This document shows, one piece after another, positions 1-517 of a stretch of 517 bases of DNA (its first letter is position 1; every line of letters starts with the position of its first letter). The stretch is taken from the NCBI RefSeq assembly GCF_003334335.1, contig NZ_QOWQ01000177.1, one strand, 5' to 3'. The notes beneath the pieces are model-generated. The model saw nothing but the letters and a program-made list of their open reading frames with translations. It made no database searches and had not been told where the DNA came from. The translations under genes were made by a program, and so were the position numbers. This DNA comes from Escherichia coli. Its GTDB lineage: Bacteria > Pseudomonadota > Gammaproteobacteria > Enterobacterales > Enterobacteriaceae.

Positions 1-93
1 ATGCTGGTTGGCTCCCGCCGTATATCCCAGGACATCAGTACCCGTGATGAAGGCGGGGGCGGAAAGGTCGTGGTTATCGGGCGGCAGGGGTAA
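1..93 (+). CDS. I: Tail (tip) assembly protein I, C-terminal end; 5'-truncated by the window edge
   Basis: Frame +1 from position 1 reads MLVGSRRISQDISTRDEGGGGKVVVIGRQG followed by TAA at 91-93. This closely resembles the C-terminus of phage lambda gpI as I recall it (...GSRVVSQEISTADEGDGGQVVVIGR). Its position directly upstream of J matches lambdoid tail-gene order. The ATG at 1-3 is most likely an internal Met codon, not the start. GC content is about 63% by hand count, typical of the coding flanks. Confidence 0.8.
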   Translation: MLVGSRRISQDISTRDEGGGGKVVVIGRQG

Positions 94-139
94 AAAGAAT
101 AAAAAAATCCCGCAGTGATCGCGGACAGGAACTGCGGGA
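94..139 (-). terminator. Predicted intrinsic (rho-independent) terminator for a leftward transcript
   Basis: Perfect 9-bp inverted repeat: TCCCGCAGT at 108-116 pairs with ACTGCGGGA at 131-139, with a 14-nt loop (117-130). On the minus strand the stem is followed immediately by UUUUUUUAUUCUUUUU (complement of the A-run at 92-107). On the + strand no U-tract follows the stem (GAGAGTTACG), so it is oriented for the minus strand. The loop is larger than in typical terminators, which lowers confidence. Confidence 0.5.
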
Positions 140-198
140 GAGTTACGAAGATTAAGTGTAAGGAATTATTCTTATGTCACGACAAAAAAAATTAACGC
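100..198 (-). ncRNA. Candidate small non-coding RNA of about 100 nt (promoter-to-terminator unit without an ORF)
   Basis: The interval between the predicted start (about 198) and the end of the terminator U-tract (about 100) has no ATG-initiated ORF on the minus strand; the only coding-like string is GTG ACA TAA. The predicted transcript is 5'-GCGUUAAUUUUUUUUGUCGUGACAUAAGAAUAAUUCCUUACACUUAAUCUUCGUAACUC-[hairpin]-UUUUUUUAUUCUUUU. It has a U-rich 5' region and a terminator hairpin with U-tail, the usual layout of Hfq-type small RNAs. The boundaries are predictions. Confidence 0.3.
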
Positions 199-204
199 AG
201 CGAA

Positions 205-232
205 ATTATACGCGCCACAGTCAGTTTGTGAA
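205..232 (-). promoter_or_regulatory. Predicted sigma70 promoter on the minus strand (leftward)
   Basis: Read on the minus strand: -35 TTCACA (complement of 227-232, 5/6 match to TTGACA), a 16-bp spacer, then -10 TATAAT (complement of 205-210, 6/6). The predicted start is a G about 7 nt downstream, near + coordinate 198. It lies in the AT-rich spacer and fires away from J toward the terminator at 94-139. Confidence 0.4.
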
Positions 233-256
233 AATGTGAAGATATTCAGAATTTTT
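231..256. promoter_or_regulatory. CRP-like palindromic site (TGTGA-N6-TCAGA) with AT-rich flanks
   Basis: AAAATGTGAagatatTCAGAATTTTT compared with the CRP consensus AAATGTGAtctagaTCACATTT: the core at 235-250 matches 9 of 10 half-site positions, and the AAA/TTT flanks are present. The centre (about 242.5) lies roughly 44 bp upstream of the predicted minus-strand start, overlapping or just upstream of the -35. A second TGTGA at 227-231 gives a tandem TGTGAAAATGTGAA. Confidence 0.3.
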
Positions 257-272
257 ATTCAGTCATGATACA

Positions 273-300
273 GGCATCCTCCGGGGTGCCTGTTGTTTTT
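273..300 (+). terminator. Terminator-like GC hairpin with U-rich tail on the + strand, 36 nt upstream of the J start
   Basis: GGCATCC at 273-279 pairs with GGGTGCC at 284-290, giving 7 bp including one G-U pair, with a 4-nt loop TCCG. It is followed by TGTTGTTTTT at 291-300. An AU-rich stretch (AAUUUUUAUU, 250-259) precedes the hairpin. The A-run would precede the stem on the minus strand, so the orientation is +. It could be an attenuator or stability element of the late transcript, or the 3' end of a + strand small RNA. Confidence 0.35.
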
Positions 301-322
301 GTGAGTGAACAATTATCACGGT

Positions 323-330
323 AAGAGGTG
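323..330 (+). promoter_or_regulatory. Ribosome-binding site (Shine-Dalgarno) of J
   Basis: AAGAGGTG at 323-330 is complementary to the 16S 3' end, with a 5-nt spacer (ATGTA) before the ATG at 336. The ATG at 331-333 is followed immediately by TAA, so it is not a productive start. Confidence 0.6.
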
Positions 331-335
331 ATGTA

Positions 336-517
336 ATGGGCAAAGGCGGCGGCAGGGCGCACACACCGCGCGAGGCGAAGGATAATCTCAAATCCACGCA
401 GATGATGAGTGTGATTGATGCGATTGGTGAGGGACCGATAGAAGGTCCGGTGAAGGGACTGCAGAGTATCCTGGTGAACAAAACCCCGCTGACGGACACG
501 GACGGTAATCCCGTGAT
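336..517 (+). CDS. J: Host specificity protein J / central tail fibre (tip attachment protein J), N-terminal 60 codons; 3'-truncated by the window edge
   Basis: ATG at 336-338 opens a frame that stays open to the window end: MGKGGGRAHTPREAKDNLKSTQMMSVIDAIGEGPIEGPVKGLQSILVNKTPLTDTDGNPV. It matches the lambda gpJ N-terminus as I recall it (MGKGSSKGHTPREAKDNLKSTQLLSVIDAISEGPIEGPVDGLKSVLLNSTPVLDTEGN) at most positions. A strong Shine-Dalgarno sequence lies 5 nt upstream. GC content is about 62% by hand count. Confidence 0.9.
   Translation, partial: MGKGGGRAHTPREAKDNLKSTQMMSVIDAIGEGPIEGPVKGLQSILVNKTPLTDTDGNPV

Noticed and set aside
1-3. ATG at the very start of the window as a gene start
   Set aside because: The downstream frame matches the C-terminal approximately 30 residues of lambda-type gpI, so this ATG is an internal methionine codon of a gene that begins upstream of the window.
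108-139. The hairpin at 108-139 as a + strand terminator ending gene I
   Set aside because: On the + strand the stem is followed by GAGAGTTACGAAG with no U-tract; the A/T run lies upstream of the stem. The orientation fits only a minus-strand terminator. It may still cause some pausing on the + strand.
140-260. A + strand sigma70 promoter driving the 21-codon ORF or J independently
   Set aside because: The best candidates (for example TTACGA at 143-148 or TTGTGA at 226-231 with downstream AT-rich hexamers) have poor -10 elements or wrong spacing. None approaches the quality of the minus-strand TTCACA-16-TATAAT, so no + strand promoter is called.
244-263. Short direct repeats (ATTCAG twice at 244-249 and 257-262; TGTGAA twice at 227-232 and 235-240)
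   Set aside because: Repeats of 6 bp in AT-rich DNA are expected by chance. The TGTGAA pair is reported only as part of the CRP-like site. There is no evidence of CRISPR repeats, att sites or transposon ends.
331-336. ATG at 331-333 as an alternative J start
   Set aside because: It is followed immediately by TAA (334-336) and is out of frame with the J reading frame. The real start is the ATG at 336-338.
263-499. 78-aa ORF on the minus strand from the six-frame track (MSVSGVLFTRILCSPFTGPSIGPSPIASITLIICVDLRLSFASRGVCALPPPLPITSPLTVIIVHSQKQQAPRRMPVS)
   Set aside because: It lies almost entirely antisense to the well-supported J coding sequence. I found no convincing promoter or RBS for it, and its composition looks like the mirror of a GC-rich gene rather than a real protein. 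Most likely a spurious antisense ORF.

Overview
This window is a lambdoid phage or prophage tail-gene junction on the + strand: the 3' end of tail assembly gene I (1-93, stop TAA 91-93), a 242-bp AT-rich intergenic region (94-335), and the 5' end of host-specificity / central tail fibre gene J (336 to the window edge). Both coding calls rest on translating the sequence and comparing it with the lambda gpI C-terminus and gpJ N-terminus as I recall them; no search was run. The interesting part is the intergenic spacer, which is roughly four times longer than the I-J gap I recall in lambda (about 60 bp) and much more AT-rich than the flanking genes. On its minus strand it carries a near-consensus sigma70 promoter (TTCACA-16 bp-TATAAT) about 60 nt upstream of a 9-bp hairpin plus U-tract, with no ORF in between. 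That layout is a self-contained, moron-like unit for a roughly 100-nt non-coding RNA antisense to the late tail transcript. The spacer also contains a CRP-like palindrome just upstream of that promoter, a 21-codon + strand ORF with an AAGGA ribosome-binding site that the candidate RNA would cover in antisense, and a + strand GC hairpin with a U-rich tail 36 nt upstream of J. All regulatory calls are sequence-pattern predictions and need experimental or database confirmation.
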